Assembly: GCA_043228905.1 (NCBI GenBank)
Contig: JBHGNT010000016.1
Span: 9,362,001-9,426,000 of the forward strand
Direction: 5' to 3'
Length of the DNA: 64,000 nt
From: Azolla caroliniana
Lineage: Eukaryota > Plantae > Polypodiophyta
Shown: piece after piece, positions 25,437 to 38,500 of the stretch
How the letters are laid out: each line of letters starts with the position of its first letter
How positions within the stretch are numbered: position 1 is the stretch's first letter
Translations under genes and position numbers: made by a program
Notes under the pieces: generated by a model
What the model saw: only the letters and a program-made list of their open reading frames with translations
Databases searched by the model: none
Told to the model about the DNA's origin: nothing

Positions 25437-27270
25437 CCAATAATAACCGAACAATTGCAATGCGGAAAGGGCTTGCTAACTTCGGAGAACGAAGTTTTGT
25501 CCAACCTGGGCATTCCGGACACGGCCCACGCCCTCCAGTAATTCGGCACAATCTATGAGCTAATGGAGTTCCTGGCGACACAGCAGATTAAGGTGTCCTA
25601 TCGAATGGCCGAAGAACACGTCAAACAACAAATGATCGAGCGTGCCCTGATCCAGATGACGGAAAGTGAAGACAAAGGCCCACTAGCATGGGTGGGAAAG
25701 AAGAGAAACACAGATGTACGCCGCGCTGGGATTGAACTCCCTCCGCTAAACACAACCTTAGTCAAGGTGCATAGGGAATTAGCAATGGTCACCTTGGGCG
25801 CTAAAGGTATGGCCATCAAGAACAAAAACCTATGATAGATCGTAAAAGTAAACCAAGAGTAACTTAATAAAGGACAACAACGTATTACAGAGATTGAAAG
25901 CAGAACACCAACGACGCATCCAGTTCCTACTCCTACCTCCCCGGCAATTGAACTACAGAATCTACGAGAGGAGGCTGAGGCTCAAGTGGCAATGACGGCT
26001 AAAGCGAAAAGGTCTACCCAGCTGGCCAAGTCTAAGATCAACCACCTTAGGTTAGAACTCCGCCAGTCTTCGTACAGAGAAACGGAGCTGCGAGCAAAAG
26101 GACACAAGGCAGTCAAAGCAATCCAAAACAAGCTCGATGCGAAGGTAGTCGTGCATGGCCGAACGAAGGCAAGGGACAAGCCCCACCAGGAAGGGACAAA
26201 GAAGGAAGGAACCATCACGACGCTAAGAGAGGTGGCACAGAAAAGCAAGCATTGTATAACGAACAGTTTGAAAATGAGCGCCAACTCACCCGTGATGCCA
26301 AAACACGCCTCAACAGGGAGACGAAACGGCTAGAGGACCTCCATGAGAGGGAGTTTTATATCTAGGCTCAAATGAAAACATACTATGAAGAAGCAACAAC
26401 GGCCAACAAGCGGAAAATCGAAAACCTCAAAAAGGCTCTTGAGGATTTACAGGCCCGCATGCACCTAGACACGGACCGTATCTACACCCTACTCCAAACA
26501 AAACAGGAATGATTTACGGTGCAACTACAAGTGTCTTTAGACAGATTGTGGACCGGATGGGGGGCGTAGGCTGCAGAACTCCATCCATACAGGGCGGACT
26601 GGGAGAATCAGTGTAAGGATGGAAAAGGTTTTTACAAGCTGAGCGAGGATAGCATTGTTACGGTTTGCGAAGACCTTACGCAAGACTACCAGAACTTGGC
26701 CGACTGCCACACAAAAGAAATAACATAGCTATTAGAAGACTTTGGTGAAATTCAAGACAACGCATTCCGCCAGATCCACGACATTGGAAGCGAACAACAA
26801 AGGGTGGAATGGGCGTAGAAGGCGGAGGCCATCATCCTGCCGGATAGCGATTCTGCGGAACAACATGGGAGTCCAAACAAACAGGATGAAGCCCTAGAGG
26901 TCACTATAGTGGCAGTACCAAATGAGATCCACCCTGCTCCAAAAGTCACTGTGAATGAGGCACTACAAGCAGATCCACGACCAGACACCTACGCACCGCA
27001 ACCACCGGAGCTTCAAAGAGACCCCCGACCATACTTCCACAGGCGCACAAGAAGAAATCCGGATGGAACCACCGGGGTAGTCGCTATGGGAGGATACGAT
27101 GGCCGGCCAAGAGTATGGAGACACACTGGGTGCAGAGACCACGACACTGACAGATGACCAACTCAAGGGAGACGCACTGGATGCCAAAACCACGACAATG
27201 ATGGCTGACCAACAGGAGGGGGGCGCATCGAAGGTAGAAACCACGATGTTGGGACCACAGGCCAACCCAT
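25437..27270 (+). pseudogene. Extra 3' ORF of Gypsy A, piece 3
   Basis: FGTIYELMEFL...RMAEEH and LPPLNTTLVKVHRE match B (FGTSYELVEWL, MPPLHEALVEVHRE). Confidence 0.8.
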
Positions 27271-27400
27271 AAAATGGCGAGCCTACCCTCGTGATGACAC
27301 CGCCCGTTACAATCAACAATGATGATCGCCCAAAACCTAATGTCCTCGATATTTTTGATGGGTCCGACGTGTCACAACACTGTCCCATAGGCGTGCCCAG

Positions 27401-27890
27401 TGCTATCCACCGGAGATGGACTTGTGAAAAAAGAGGGGGGAATTAAGGCGGACTAGTGTATAAGTGTAGCCTCATAATGATGGAAATGTTAGAAAGTAGA
27501 AATGCATGTAACGGTTCACACACTAAGTGTAACCGTCTATGCCCTATATATATAAAGGGCATAGGAACATTGTAAAGAGCTACCGTAATTTTTTCTATAA
27601 CCCGTTTAATATAATTGTATTGTCTTTCTAAGCTCTGTGTTTATTCAGAAGTGTATCTGTTACATAGGGTAAGTAAGCGTATCTGTGTAAAAAGCAACGC
27701 ACGACGAGAAGGAGCTCGGTTTTAGTCGTCTCCTATTAAGCACCCTACCTTAGAGGGCACCCCGTGAAGTACCGCCTATTTGCAATTGTCTACAGCTAGG
27801 CATACTATGCTCTCTATTCCCTGTACCAAAATCCCCTTGAGTCGTACCCCGAAGGATGGAGGGTAGGCCATGTTATCTAGAGGGATAACA
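27401..27890 (+). repeat. 3' LTR of Gypsy A
   Basis: Imperfect 8-bp terminal inverted repeat; TATA run ~27545; preceded by GTCCCATAGGCGTGCCC-AG; 5' LTR not in window. Confidence 0.75.
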
Positions 27891-28676
27891 ATATTGGCAG
27901 CTGAATTCCCTCTTAATTCCTTTTTGCTGAAGATAACTATTGAATTGGTTGGAAAAATACTCTTTTCTGCCATCCAACCGCAGGCACTTGATCTTTCTGT
28001 CCATTTCCCGTTCGACAAGGCTTTGCAGGTTCCGGAAACAGTCGAAGACCTTGCTTTTCTTCTCGATGTCGTAGATCCAAATGTGTTGGCTCTCGTCGAT
28101 GAAGGAGACGAAATATCGGCTCCTGTCATGAATAACGTTTTGTGTCAGTCCCCATACATCTGAATGTATCAAGTCATGCTTGTTACGGCTCCGGTTTCTT
28201 TTGGTGGGGAACGGAAGCCGGTGTTGCTTCCCGAACTGGCATGCCTCACAAATTTGGGCCTTCCGGCCACTAAATTTTAGCAATCCCAAAACAACTTGTT
28301 TCGATTGTAGGACTCGAAGACTCTGATAGTTGACGTGGTCGATTTGCTTATGCCACAAGTCGATATCCAATGCGACCTTCTACCCTTTTGCAAACAAAGT
28401 AGTGCCGACGTCATTGGTGTCTAGGCTAAACATCCTCCTGGCCCGACGTCCTTGCGTGATGATTTGGCCTTCTTCCTCGATGAAGCACCCGAGGTGCGTA
28501 AACCGCACTTGAATCCCCTGGTCGACAATTTGTCCGACCAACACCAAGTTCTTTGTTATTGTCGAGACGTGAAGCACGTTCATAAGCTTCCCTTGGTGTC
28601 TAACATGACTAAAGGGGACTTCTCCAACATGCACTATTGGGTGAGGAGTGTCGTCTCCGGTTTCAACAACTCCCGG

Positions 28677-29456
28677 TGTCGTGAAAAATCCGTCACTATG
28701 TGTAGATCATGAGGCGGAACCATCGGGGTTACAGACTGGAAGGAATTAGAGCTACCCGTACAATACAAGCAAGATTTACACAAAAGACACATAGGTGAAA
28801 AAAATGTTAGTTAAAATATCAAAATAATAAATTCTTTTGTAATATAAGAATCATGTTACAAGGGGTTGGATGTGAATATCAAGGATTGTTTATCAAGGAA
28901 TGGGGGAAGAGAGGTGGAGAAAAGAAGAGAGTGGAATATAGAAGGAGTTTCTTTGTTGATGATGGTTGTGGATGTTGTCGATCCTTCTTCTTCCGCTTTC
29001 CAATTGAGTAGAGCTTCCGCGTTCCTTCTCCCTCCCTCCCTTCTTCTTAAAATGAGCTCTTATTATGGGTTTAGGATTTCTTGCTTCCTTTCTTTTTTTC
29101 TTCTAAAAGTTTGTCTATATGAGTCGAGTTTCTTTTTATCACTATTTTTGTTCCGTAATGTCAAATATATTCTTAGAAAGCTCTCTCTATTAGCTTTCTT
29201 ATGCATATTTCCTTTTCTAATTTGGACATTGGACGAGGAAATTACGAGCTTTTTACTCGACCTTGCTCCTCATATCCACGCCTAGGTTTTCTTTTTCCAT
29301 CTTTTTCTCTACTTTTGTCTACTTTCGAAAACAACTTCTAACTTTTTATCCTTTCATTTATTACTATAGTTGATTTAACAACATTAGTTTATTTGGACTA
29401 CTATTTTATTCTCTTTTGAGGGTGGTTTCACACTATGTGTCGAAAACATCACGACA
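28677..29456 (-). mobile_element. Solo LTR (TGTCGTG...CACGACA type)
   Basis: 4-bp TSD CCGG/CCGA; Copia-3 sequence resumes on both sides; ends resemble LTR 59798-60366. Confidence 0.82.
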
Positions 29457-29615
29457 CCGATTGTTCAGGTTTTTCCAAATATGAGAACCACTCTTCATGG
29501 CTTGTCTTATGTTTGGATGCTCCGGAATTTACATACCACACTACCTCCGATCGGGAAGTGGTCTTCTTTATTGAGTTCGTTCTGTGTTTCATCACAAAGG
29601 CTTGCTGTTTTCCAG

Positions 29616-30385
29616 TGTCGTAGTGTATTGCGTACACTACGTGAAAAACGTATAAAATAACTGATTGAATAAATATGACGAAAAAGAAAGAAATATCAAA
29701 ATATATATTACATGCATAGAGAAAGATTCAAACCTTGTACCTCCATGTTTATAATGTAAAGGCTTACCATTATACTAACACATCATAAGTGTTAAAAAGT
29801 AGATATCCCACATAGAAAGGTAAGTTCACGTATATTTTATAGGAAAAGCTTTAGTTAGAAGAAAAACGCATGATAGAAAAAAGTTACACATACACATGTA
29901 GCGTGCATAAACACTATAGTCGATAAAACCACATGAGGTTAGAAAAAGCATGATCACTTTTAGAAGAAGAATGTCAGAGAACGAATATAATCTATTGATA
30001 GAAAAAGCATGGAGTTGATAGTTAGAGAAAACGCATGGATTGCTAATACTCTCTCGTCACTATATAAGGATGGGGAGCACAATATAATGAGGTATGAAAT
30101 CTTTTGGAAATTAGATATATTTCTAAAACACCAGTTAATAAATTATACTCGTGGGATTCACGAGGTTTCTATATTCTTCTCTTTCAATCCAAATTCATAT
30201 TCTTATCTTAATATTGATTAATCTAATAAAATACATTATACTCATGGGATTCACGAGGTTTTTATATCTCTTTCTTAAAATCTACTCATAACTAGATTCG
30301 TCTCAAATTCTTCCTCCTCCTAGTCCAAAACCCTAGCGGTTCCCACCCGACTCACGCAAATGATCCGGCACGGAAAGGCACGACA
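29616..30385 (+). mobile_element. Solo LTR of Gypsy D family
   Basis: TGTCGT...ACGACA; TSD CCAG/CCGG; reverse-complement homolog of 50395-51183. Confidence 0.88.
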
Positions 30386-31818
30386 CCGGTCTTACTGGTT
30401 CTGAATCCTTCCGCTCCTTTAGCGTAGTGCGAGCTTTACCGGTTCCCTTGTCCAGACTTACCAGTTCCGGATTTATCCGAATCGGCGCACTTCTTCCACC
30501 ACTCATTTTCCCGGTAGCCCTTTTTGCCACAATATCAGCATTCCGTGTCGGCTTTCGATTGTCGGTTTCCGGCACCGCCTTGACTCCCCGTGCTAGTGGA
30601 GGGTTCAGAATTGTTGTTAGCACTATCTCTGTCCCTCCAATTCTACTCTTGTCGGCTGCCACTTTTGTGTGCAGACCCTCCTCGTCCTCCATGCCCATGG
30701 GGGGGCGATCCACCTCTGTGTACAACATCCGGTTGTCCGATTGAGTGGTTCTCGACCCACTCACGTGGTTTTCTTCGACCCTTAGCATCGATTGCAGGTC
30801 GAAGAAGGACGGTGGTTTCTCGCGGGTGCAAATCGTTGTTTGGATTGACCCATACCATTGTGCTAAACCACCTAGGCAAATATGGACCATCTCGTCTTCG
30901 TCCACTGTCACATTGATGAATTTGAGCACATCTCAGATGTCGTTTATCTAGGTGGTGTAGTCGGTAACCAACACGTCCCTTTATCAGATGTTGTTAAGCT
31001 CTTATCGGAGTTGCAACTTTTGGGTCATCGTACTTGTGGGGAAAATCTTCCGGAGATTTTCCAAGGCCTCCTTCGGTGACTTTGCGTCTCTGACTTAGCC
31101 GAGCATCTGGTCATGCACACAGAACGCGAGGCAGTACAACACTCTGCTTGTGTGCCGAATCTGGCGTTGCTACATTTGCTCCTTCCACGTAGCTCTAGTA
31201 TCTGTGCCCCGGCAGGTACTATTGCATTTTATACGACCAAAATTCATAGTTTCTTCGGTCGAGCTTTTCTGTAGGAAGCGAGCTCGCCATACTTCTCTCC
31301 ATATCTTCCTTCTTTCTTCTGTTCTTTATCGGTGATTAGGGTTTGTCAGTTTCGAGTAGTTGTCGGCAGCAGAGGTTCTCAATCCTCGCGCTTTGATACC
31401 ATGTAAAAGTTATTATATGGAAGCTTAGATACACCGGTTAAACTGGATAACAATAGTAAAATAGAGAAGGTTTCAAGGAAGCTTAAGAACACCGTACACG
31501 GGAGAGACAGAGAGAGCAAAATAGCGTAAACTAAATTCAAAATAATAACACTTTGTACATACAATGTGCTCAATGAGCACTTTTATACAAGTCCATAAAA
31601 GGACTGGCAGAAGTACTAACATGTACTTCAATGTGCATACGAGAGACTAACAATAACTCCAATAAATATGCCTACGTACTAGGCTAGGACCGTGGGCCTC
31701 TAACGGCCTACCGGTTTCAATCTGATCCGGCTCTTGGTTCTGGATACCGATCCGGATACCTATCCGGTTCGTTGTTCCGGATACCGATCCGGATCCGGTT
31801 GAGCTTGTCCACTCAATA

Positions 31819-32788
31819 CGGACTATGTGCATCCCTAATATTTGTCTCACTAGACCCAAATATTTCATACAGAAGGCCTTCTTCAACATTCTGATCTTGA
31901 TACGGTCCCATCCGACGATCATCATGTCGTCCACATACAGCAAAAGGATTAGGAAGTCTCCTTCGTCAAACTTCTTCATGAACACATTGTGGTCAGCCTG
32001 CATCTTGTGGTATCCTTGATCGGTCATGAAGGAGTCGAACTTCTGATACCATTGTCGGAGAGCTTGCTTCAGTCCGTATATAAACTCCTCTTCAACTGGC
32101 ACACCAAGTTCTCCTTCCCTTTCTTGACAAATCCCTCTGGTTGCTCCATGTAAATCTCCTCCTCGAGGTCTCCGTGAAGGAACGTCGTCTTAACGTCAAG
32201 TTGTTCGACCTCAAGGTCCATGCTCGTTGCTATGCTCAACCCCATCCGGATGGATGTCATCTTGATTACCGGGGCAAAGATCTCATCTAAGTCCATTCCC
32301 GTTTTCTACTAGAAACCCTTCACCACTATCCATACTTCGTATCTTGGTGGATTTCCAACAAGTCCTAGTTTTAACTTGTACACCCACTTGTTCAGGAACA
32401 CTCTCTTTCCTTTTGGTAGCTCCGTCAAATCATATGTGTGGTTCTCATGCAGGGAATCCATTTCATCCTACATGGCACTCAACCACCTACGGTTGTGGGT
32501 GTCTTTCACATCTTCATCAAAGCTTACCGGCTCCCCCTCGTCAGTCAGCAGCACATGCTCTGCATCCGGAAATCTCCGCGGGACTCTTCTTTCCCTCAGA
32601 GGATATCTTCTTCCTTGGTTCTCTGACACCGGTTCTTCATCCGAATCTGGTTTGTGATCTTGTCCGATTTTGGTGTCTGGATCTTCTTTCGTTGATTCGG
32701 TTTCTTGTCTAGAATTGGCCGGTTCATCATGGTGTTCAGTTGACATCCGACTTCTGACCGGATGTGTCCATGCATCTTCCAACCAATC
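31819..32788 (-). pseudogene. Copia-4 RT fragment (Copia-1 family)
   Basis: RRYPLRERR, DEIFAPV, LLYVDDMM; colinear with ~7950-8925. Confidence 0.88.
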
Positions 32789-33594
32789 TGTCGGGAATTC
32801 GGTCCTCCAGATGAGACAGATTGGATGAACCGAAGGAAGGAACTGGAACGGATGGATCCGGTTCAGGACATATCTGTAAATATGTTTCTAATGTGCCTGT
32901 CATGGCCATATTTGTAAATAGTCCTAAAGTCATATAAATATAAATATGACTTAGGGCAATCACTATTTATTGTTGTTGAGTTGTTATTATTGTAAACCGA
33001 GAGACACAAAGAGAGCAAGAGAGTGACAAAAAGTATTATCTGTTGTAACCGCCAGTTGGCGAAGACATAGAGCTCAAGGTTGTTGACTTTGAGTCTCGTA
33101 TTGTATCCTTACTCTCATAGTGATATTTGGGAGTCTGTGGGCTTCCGTGGTTTTTCCCGATAAGGGTTTTCCATGTTAACATCTTGTGTCATCTTATTTC
33201 TATTTTTCCTACTTTCTTCCATTGAGTGATTGCGACTCGGTTGTGGCCAAGCACTATTCCTCACAAACTGGTATCAGAGCAAAGGTTCTAAACCTTGAAT
33301 AAAATGGAAGAGTCATTCGGAAGCATGTTCAAGCTCACCAACTCCAATTACCCTTTGTGGATGTCGAAGATGAAGGACGTGCTCGTGGTTAAAGATCTCT
33401 AGCTGTCGGTGCAGTTCCGTGACAAGAAACCGGACAAGATCGATGCGACGACGTGGGAGGTGATGCATATGAAGACGACGACATACATTAGATACTTCAT
33501 CCATATGAGCTTGTACAACAACTTTAATGAAGAAAGTAAGGCGCATGTGTTCTGGGAGAAAATCGGTACCATGTTGGTGAGTAAAACGCCGTAA
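32789..33594 (+). mobile_element. Truncated Copia: 5' LTR, iMet PBS and start of gag
   Basis: LTR 32789-33265 similar to the Copia-1 LTR; TGGTATCAGAGC 33269-33280; MFKLTNSNYPLWMSKMKDVL. Confidence 0.85.
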
Positions 33595-33619
33595 ATCTGG
33601 TTTTTGTATTCCGAAAGAA

Positions 33620-34620
33620 CCTCACTGGAGTGAATGTTCCGCAGAATGCTTGAAAGACATGGGAAGGCTTTTGCATTTTTCCCACAGGAAATCGGATGTG
33701 CTGATCTAAGAATGGTATAACCGATGGTGATCTTCATGATGTTGCATGTGCCTTGGATTTTGAAATCGATACCGGTTCTGAGAGCACACCTACTGAAACT
33801 GATCGAGCTCTTATAGGAGAAGGTGAATATGGGAATTCTGGAACTGTCAAACACTCCTTATTCTAATCGGTTTTTCACAGTGTCGAAGAAGAATGGATCG
33901 TTGCGATTCATCCAAGATCTTTAACCCGTGAACAAGGTAACAATTCGGAATGTTGGAATCGGTCCGAGTGTGGATGAATTTGCTGAGGCGTTTGCGGGCC
34001 CGTCCATCTACTCCATTGGCAATCTCTACTCTGGATACAATCAATTCTAGTTGGCGGACGATAGTCGTGACATTACAACCATGAGGACTCTGATATGGTT
34101 TGTGCGGATGTGTACCTTACCTCAAGGTACAAGGAACTCGGTGGCTCATATGGCGAATGCCATGAACAAGGTCTTGAAGGATTGCATCCCGGGAATCACG
34201 ATGCCTTTCTTGGATGACATTCCGATAAAAGGATGTTTGGATGAGGAGAAGGATGAATTGAAAGGTAAGGATGGATGCAGAAAGTTCTTCGTGGATCATA
34301 TGAAGGATTGCGAGAAGGTGCTACAAAGGCTCAAAGATGCGAATTTGACATTTTCGGGAGAAAAGTTTGCATTCGAGCAATTGGAGATCTTGGTGGTAGG
34401 TCACTTGTGTGGAGCATACGGCTGAAAGCCTTTGCCATCCAAGGTGAATGTGATCCAGGACATGAAAGAACAATATGTAACCGAAACGGAGGTTGAAAGG
34501 TTCCTTGGAGCATGCGTGTTTTATCATATTTGGATTCCACACTACGCCCACATTGATGAGCCATTGTACGGTCTACTAAAGAAGACGCGAAGGTTCTAAG
34601 GGATGAGCGAGCATACTTTC
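33620..34620 (+). pseudogene. Gypsy RT fragment of a different lineage
   Basis: KKNGSLRFIQDL, LYSGYNQF, LPQGTRNSVAHM, PFLDDIPIKG. Confidence 0.85.
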
Positions 34621-35383
34621 GCCATCTGAAGGCGAGCATACTTTCGCACTACGCTGAGGACTCCGAACGAGCCAAAAATGGATCGGGCCTGACCTTCGTA
34701 ATGAAGCACAAGGCCAATTCAATGACTGTGAACACCTCAAAATTGAGCGAGGTGTGGTATGTTGATTCCGGAGCGTCAAATTTTATGACGAGTCACGAGG
34801 AATGGTTCTCGTACTTGGAGATGCCGGAAAAGCAAGGGGTAGTCGAAACGGAAGATGACACCCCGCATACCATCGAACATGTCGGTGAAGTTCCCCTCAG
34901 CCACGTCGGGTAGAAAGGGAAACTCTTGAACATGCTACACGTCCTGACAATAACCAAGAACCTTGTGTAGGTCGGACAAATCGTCGACCAAGGTATGCAA
35001 GTTCAATTCACGCATCTCGGCTCCTTTATAGAAGAGGAGGGCAAAGTAATCGCGCAAGGGTGTCATGAAGGGAGGATGTTTATCCTCGAAACCAACAATG
35101 TGGGCACCGCTATGTTTGCGAAACGACAGAAGGTCGAGTCGGACATCCACCTATGTCATAAGCAGTTCGGCCATATTAACTTCCCATGGCTTCGTGAAAT
35201 GCACACAGAGAACATTGTTTTCGGCCTGCCGAAATTTCGAGGCCAGAATGGCCAAGTATGCAAAGCCTGCCAGATGGGAAAACAACACCGACTTCCATTC
35301 CCCATCGAGCATAATCGTAGTCAAAATCCATTGGATTTGATCCATTCAGATGTGTGGGGACTGTCATGAACACATGATCATTA

Positions 35384-35452
35384 TGGCGTCACCCGGACTT
35401 GAACCTCGAACCTTGTAATCCATACTTGAAAACCTCAACCATTAAGATAGCT
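35384..35452 (-). other. tRNA-like module (A box, B box, CCA end) inside the LTR
   Basis: Minus strand: TATCTTAATGG ... GGTTCAAGTCC GGGTGACGCCA. Confidence 0.7.
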
Positions 35453-35510
35453 TATTGTTATATAAAATAATAAAAGCTACTTCTTATATTACATTGATTA
35501 TTGTAAAAAC

Positions 35511-35590
35511 TCTAGATTATTCTAGAATGTTCTAGAATGTCCTAGAGCATTCTAGGTCTAGAACATTCTAGAACATTCTAGAAATCTCTA
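35511..35590 (+). promoter_or_regulatory. Heat-shock element array upstream of TATA
   Basis: TTCTAGAATGTTCTAGAA (35520-35537) and GAACATTCTAGAACATTCTAGAA (35561-35583): alternating nGAAn/nTTCn pentamers. Confidence 0.85.
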
Positions 35591-38500
35591 AGCTATTCTA
35601 TGGGAACCTATAAATAAGGGCATACATGTATTCTCAAATCAATTCGAATCAACACCAGTCTTTAGCTCTCATTAAATATCTTGTATCCATTCTCTTTCTT
35701 TCTCTATCTTATACATCCATTCTTCTCTTAGTATTTGGTTCCTTTCTTCTCGTGTTCTCTAATATCCTTCTTCCATCACTCTATCTTTTATCCTTGGTTC
35801 TGACAGGGACCGGCACAGAACATGAGTCTCGGTGGAAGCTGTTACTTTGTAACCTTCATCGACAACTTCACTCAGCACACGTGGGTATGCACGATCGCGA
35901 AGAAGAGCGAAGTCTTCGCATGGTTCCTGAAGGTGAAGAGCCTTGCGGAAAGGGAAATAGGGCGTACGATAAAATTCATATGGTCCGATGGTAGGAAGGA
36001 GTACTTCTCCAACCAGTTCATAAGATATCTACAAAAGGAGGGAATTCGACGCGAATTCTCGTGTAGATAAACGCCGGAGCAGAACGGCATAGCCGAGCGG
36101 AAGAATCAGACAATCGAAGAAGCGGCCAGGGCAATGCTTGAAGAGAAGCATATGTCGAAATTTATTGGGCCGAAGCCGTGAGGACAACTGTCTACTTGCA
36201 GAATCAGATTTCTGCTAATGGAGGAGTGTTGCCACATGAGTTGTATTTCGGGAAGAAGCCCAACTTGGCACACTTGAGGATTTTCGACAGCATCACGTAT
36301 ATACATGTGCGGAAGGAAAAGAGGAGGAAGTTGGACGCCAAAGCCGAAAAGTGCATCTTAGTCGGCTATTTAGACGAGGAGAAGGGGTATAAGTGTTATC
36401 ACCTCTGAATAAAGGAAGTACGCGTAAGTCGAGATGTCGTGTTTGACGAGTTTGCTTCGTGGTACTTGTCTTCCCCTCCAGTACCTCATGACTCCATCCG
36501 AATTCTGAAGAAGACGCGAGGCTGAGATGCCTCCACATGATGAGGACCTCGGAGCTCTGAGAGAGAGTCCGATCTCATTTCGGTTGAGTGGGCCGAATGA
36601 GGGGTTGCACCGAAATGGCCAACCAAATGAAGAGACGGTGAGTAGTGAAGACTCAGTCGTGATGTCCCCTCGTAAAGAACCGAGGAGATGGTTTTCGCGT
36701 AAGGAGAAAGGGAAGAAAAAGATGTCAGAGTACGATTTTAACAATGCCGAGTCAGATCGGAGCGAGTCTGGCTACGGGCAAACGGAAAAGGAACCTCCAC
36801 AGAACAAGTCGACATTAGCCAAAAAGGTCGTGAAATCGGGTAATCACGAATTACGCCGATCTACCCGCCTGAAGAACCCCGTAAAAAGATACGTGTACAA
36901 TGAATACATGGTGCACCATTACGTGTACATGACGCGAGTGGCGGAAGTGCATGAGCTGGAGAGCTACGCAGAAGCGGCGAAAGACGTGAACTAGCGTGTT
37001 GCGATGGAGAAAGAGATGTGTAGTTTGACTAATAATTAGACTTGGGACCTGGTTGACGCACCGAAGGCTGTAAAGCCGATTGGATGCCGATGGGTGTACA
37101 AGGTCAAGAACAACACCGACGGCTCTGTCAACTGCTATAAGGCTCGTTTAGTTGGAAAAGGCTACACGCAGAAGCACGGCGTACATTACGACGAGACCTT
37201 CACGCCGGTTGCAAAGATGACTATCGTGCGAGTTCTACTAGCTCTCGCGGCAGCGAAGGGGTGGTACTTACATCAAATGGATGTAAAGAACGCATTCCTG
37301 CAAGGTGATCTTGAAGAATAGGTGTATATGGTACAACCCCCCGGATTTCTATCCAAACGAAACACTTCGGCAGTTTGCTGACTGAAGAAGTCACTATACG
37401 GAGTCGTGCCTTTCGGCGCCAGATTGTTTGCGTGAGTCAGGTGGGAACCACGGAGAGTTTTAAGGCTAATAAGAATATAAATAGATTTTAAGAAAGAGAT
37501 ATAGAAACCTCATGACTCCTACGAGTCTATTGTATTAGATTGCTCAATATTAAGAGAAGAAAATGAATTTGGATTAAAAAAAAGAAGAATATAGAAATTC
37601 GTGAATCCCACGAGTATAGTTTATTTCGTGAATCCCACGAATATATTAATTGGTGTCTTTTAGAAATATATCCAATTTCCAAGTATTTCACCCTTATTAC
37701 ATTGTGCTCCCCATCCTTATATAGTGATGAGAGAGTCTTTACAATCCATGCTTTTTCTCTAACTATAGACTCCATGCTTTTTCTATCAATAGACTACATG
37801 CTTTCTTTAACATGCTTTTTTTCTAAAAGTGATCATGCGTTTTTTATTATTATCTAACTTTACCTTTTTTACCTAGAAAACATACATGAAATAAACCTTC
37901 TATGTGGGGGGTCTACTTTTTAACACTTATGATATGTTAGTGTAATGGTAAGGCTTTATATTATAAACATGGAGATACAAGGTTTGAATCTTGCCCTATG
38001 CATGTAATATGTATTTTTAATATTCTCTCCGATTTACAAATATGTCTCTTCATCCGGTGAGAGACTCTCACCAGCCTTCTTCATCCGATTCTCACCAGTT
38101 CCTCCTTCCGGTTCTCACCGGGTACTCCATGTCCTATCCGGAGAGACCAAAAATGCAATTTTTCACATAGTGTGTGAATTACACTATGACATTCGCCCCC
38201 TCCAAACCCGCACATCCTCTAGTATGTGCCGAAGTTGTCGGTGATTGTTAGTCTTGTCCGTTCGTTCTCCACCCGGTTGGTTTCGTCGCCGGTCGTGCTT
38301 GGTTGCCGGCTCCGCCCGATTTCCGGTTCTGTTCGATTGCCAGCTCCGTCCGGTTTTCAGTTTTCAGTTGCTTGCTCCACCCGGTTACCGGTTGCCGGCT
38401 CTCGTATTTCTCCTTTACTCGCAATCCCCTCTGTTTCTCTTGTTATGTCGACTTTGTCTCTCCATTTTGAGCACATCCATTCTTTCCACCCAAACCATTG

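Larger units (their letters stand above)
1..27890 (+). mobile_element. Gypsy element A (non-chromovirus Ty3/gypsy), 5' end outside window; hosts three nested insertions
   Basis: pol remnants 1-3465; extra ORF in three pieces; 3' LTR 27401-27890 with termini TGCTATCC...GGATAACA; abuts interrupted Copia integrase at 27891. Confidence 0.85.
27891..31818 (-). mobile_element. Copia-3, 5' half (Copia-2 family), host of Gypsy A and two solo LTRs
   Basis: 5' LTR 31402-31818; PBS TGGTATCAAAGC 31390-31401; gag MASSLPTEKL ~31290; protease WYVNSGAS; integrase DLIHSDVWG. Confidence 0.88.
35362..35805 (+). mobile_element. 444-bp solo LTR
   Basis: TGTCA...TGACA; TSD GGGAC (35357-35361, 35806-35810); TATAAATA ~35609. 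Confidence 0.92.

Noticed and set aside
27426-27442. GAAAAAAGAGGGGGGAA as the true PPT of element A
   Set aside because: Not followed by a TG terminus; the terminal inverted repeat and analogy with B/C put the LTR start at 27401. Not fully excluded because A's 5' LTR is outside the window
35384-35452. Functional tRNA gene
   Set aside because: No proper acceptor or anticodon stem; only the boxes and 3' end are tRNA-like
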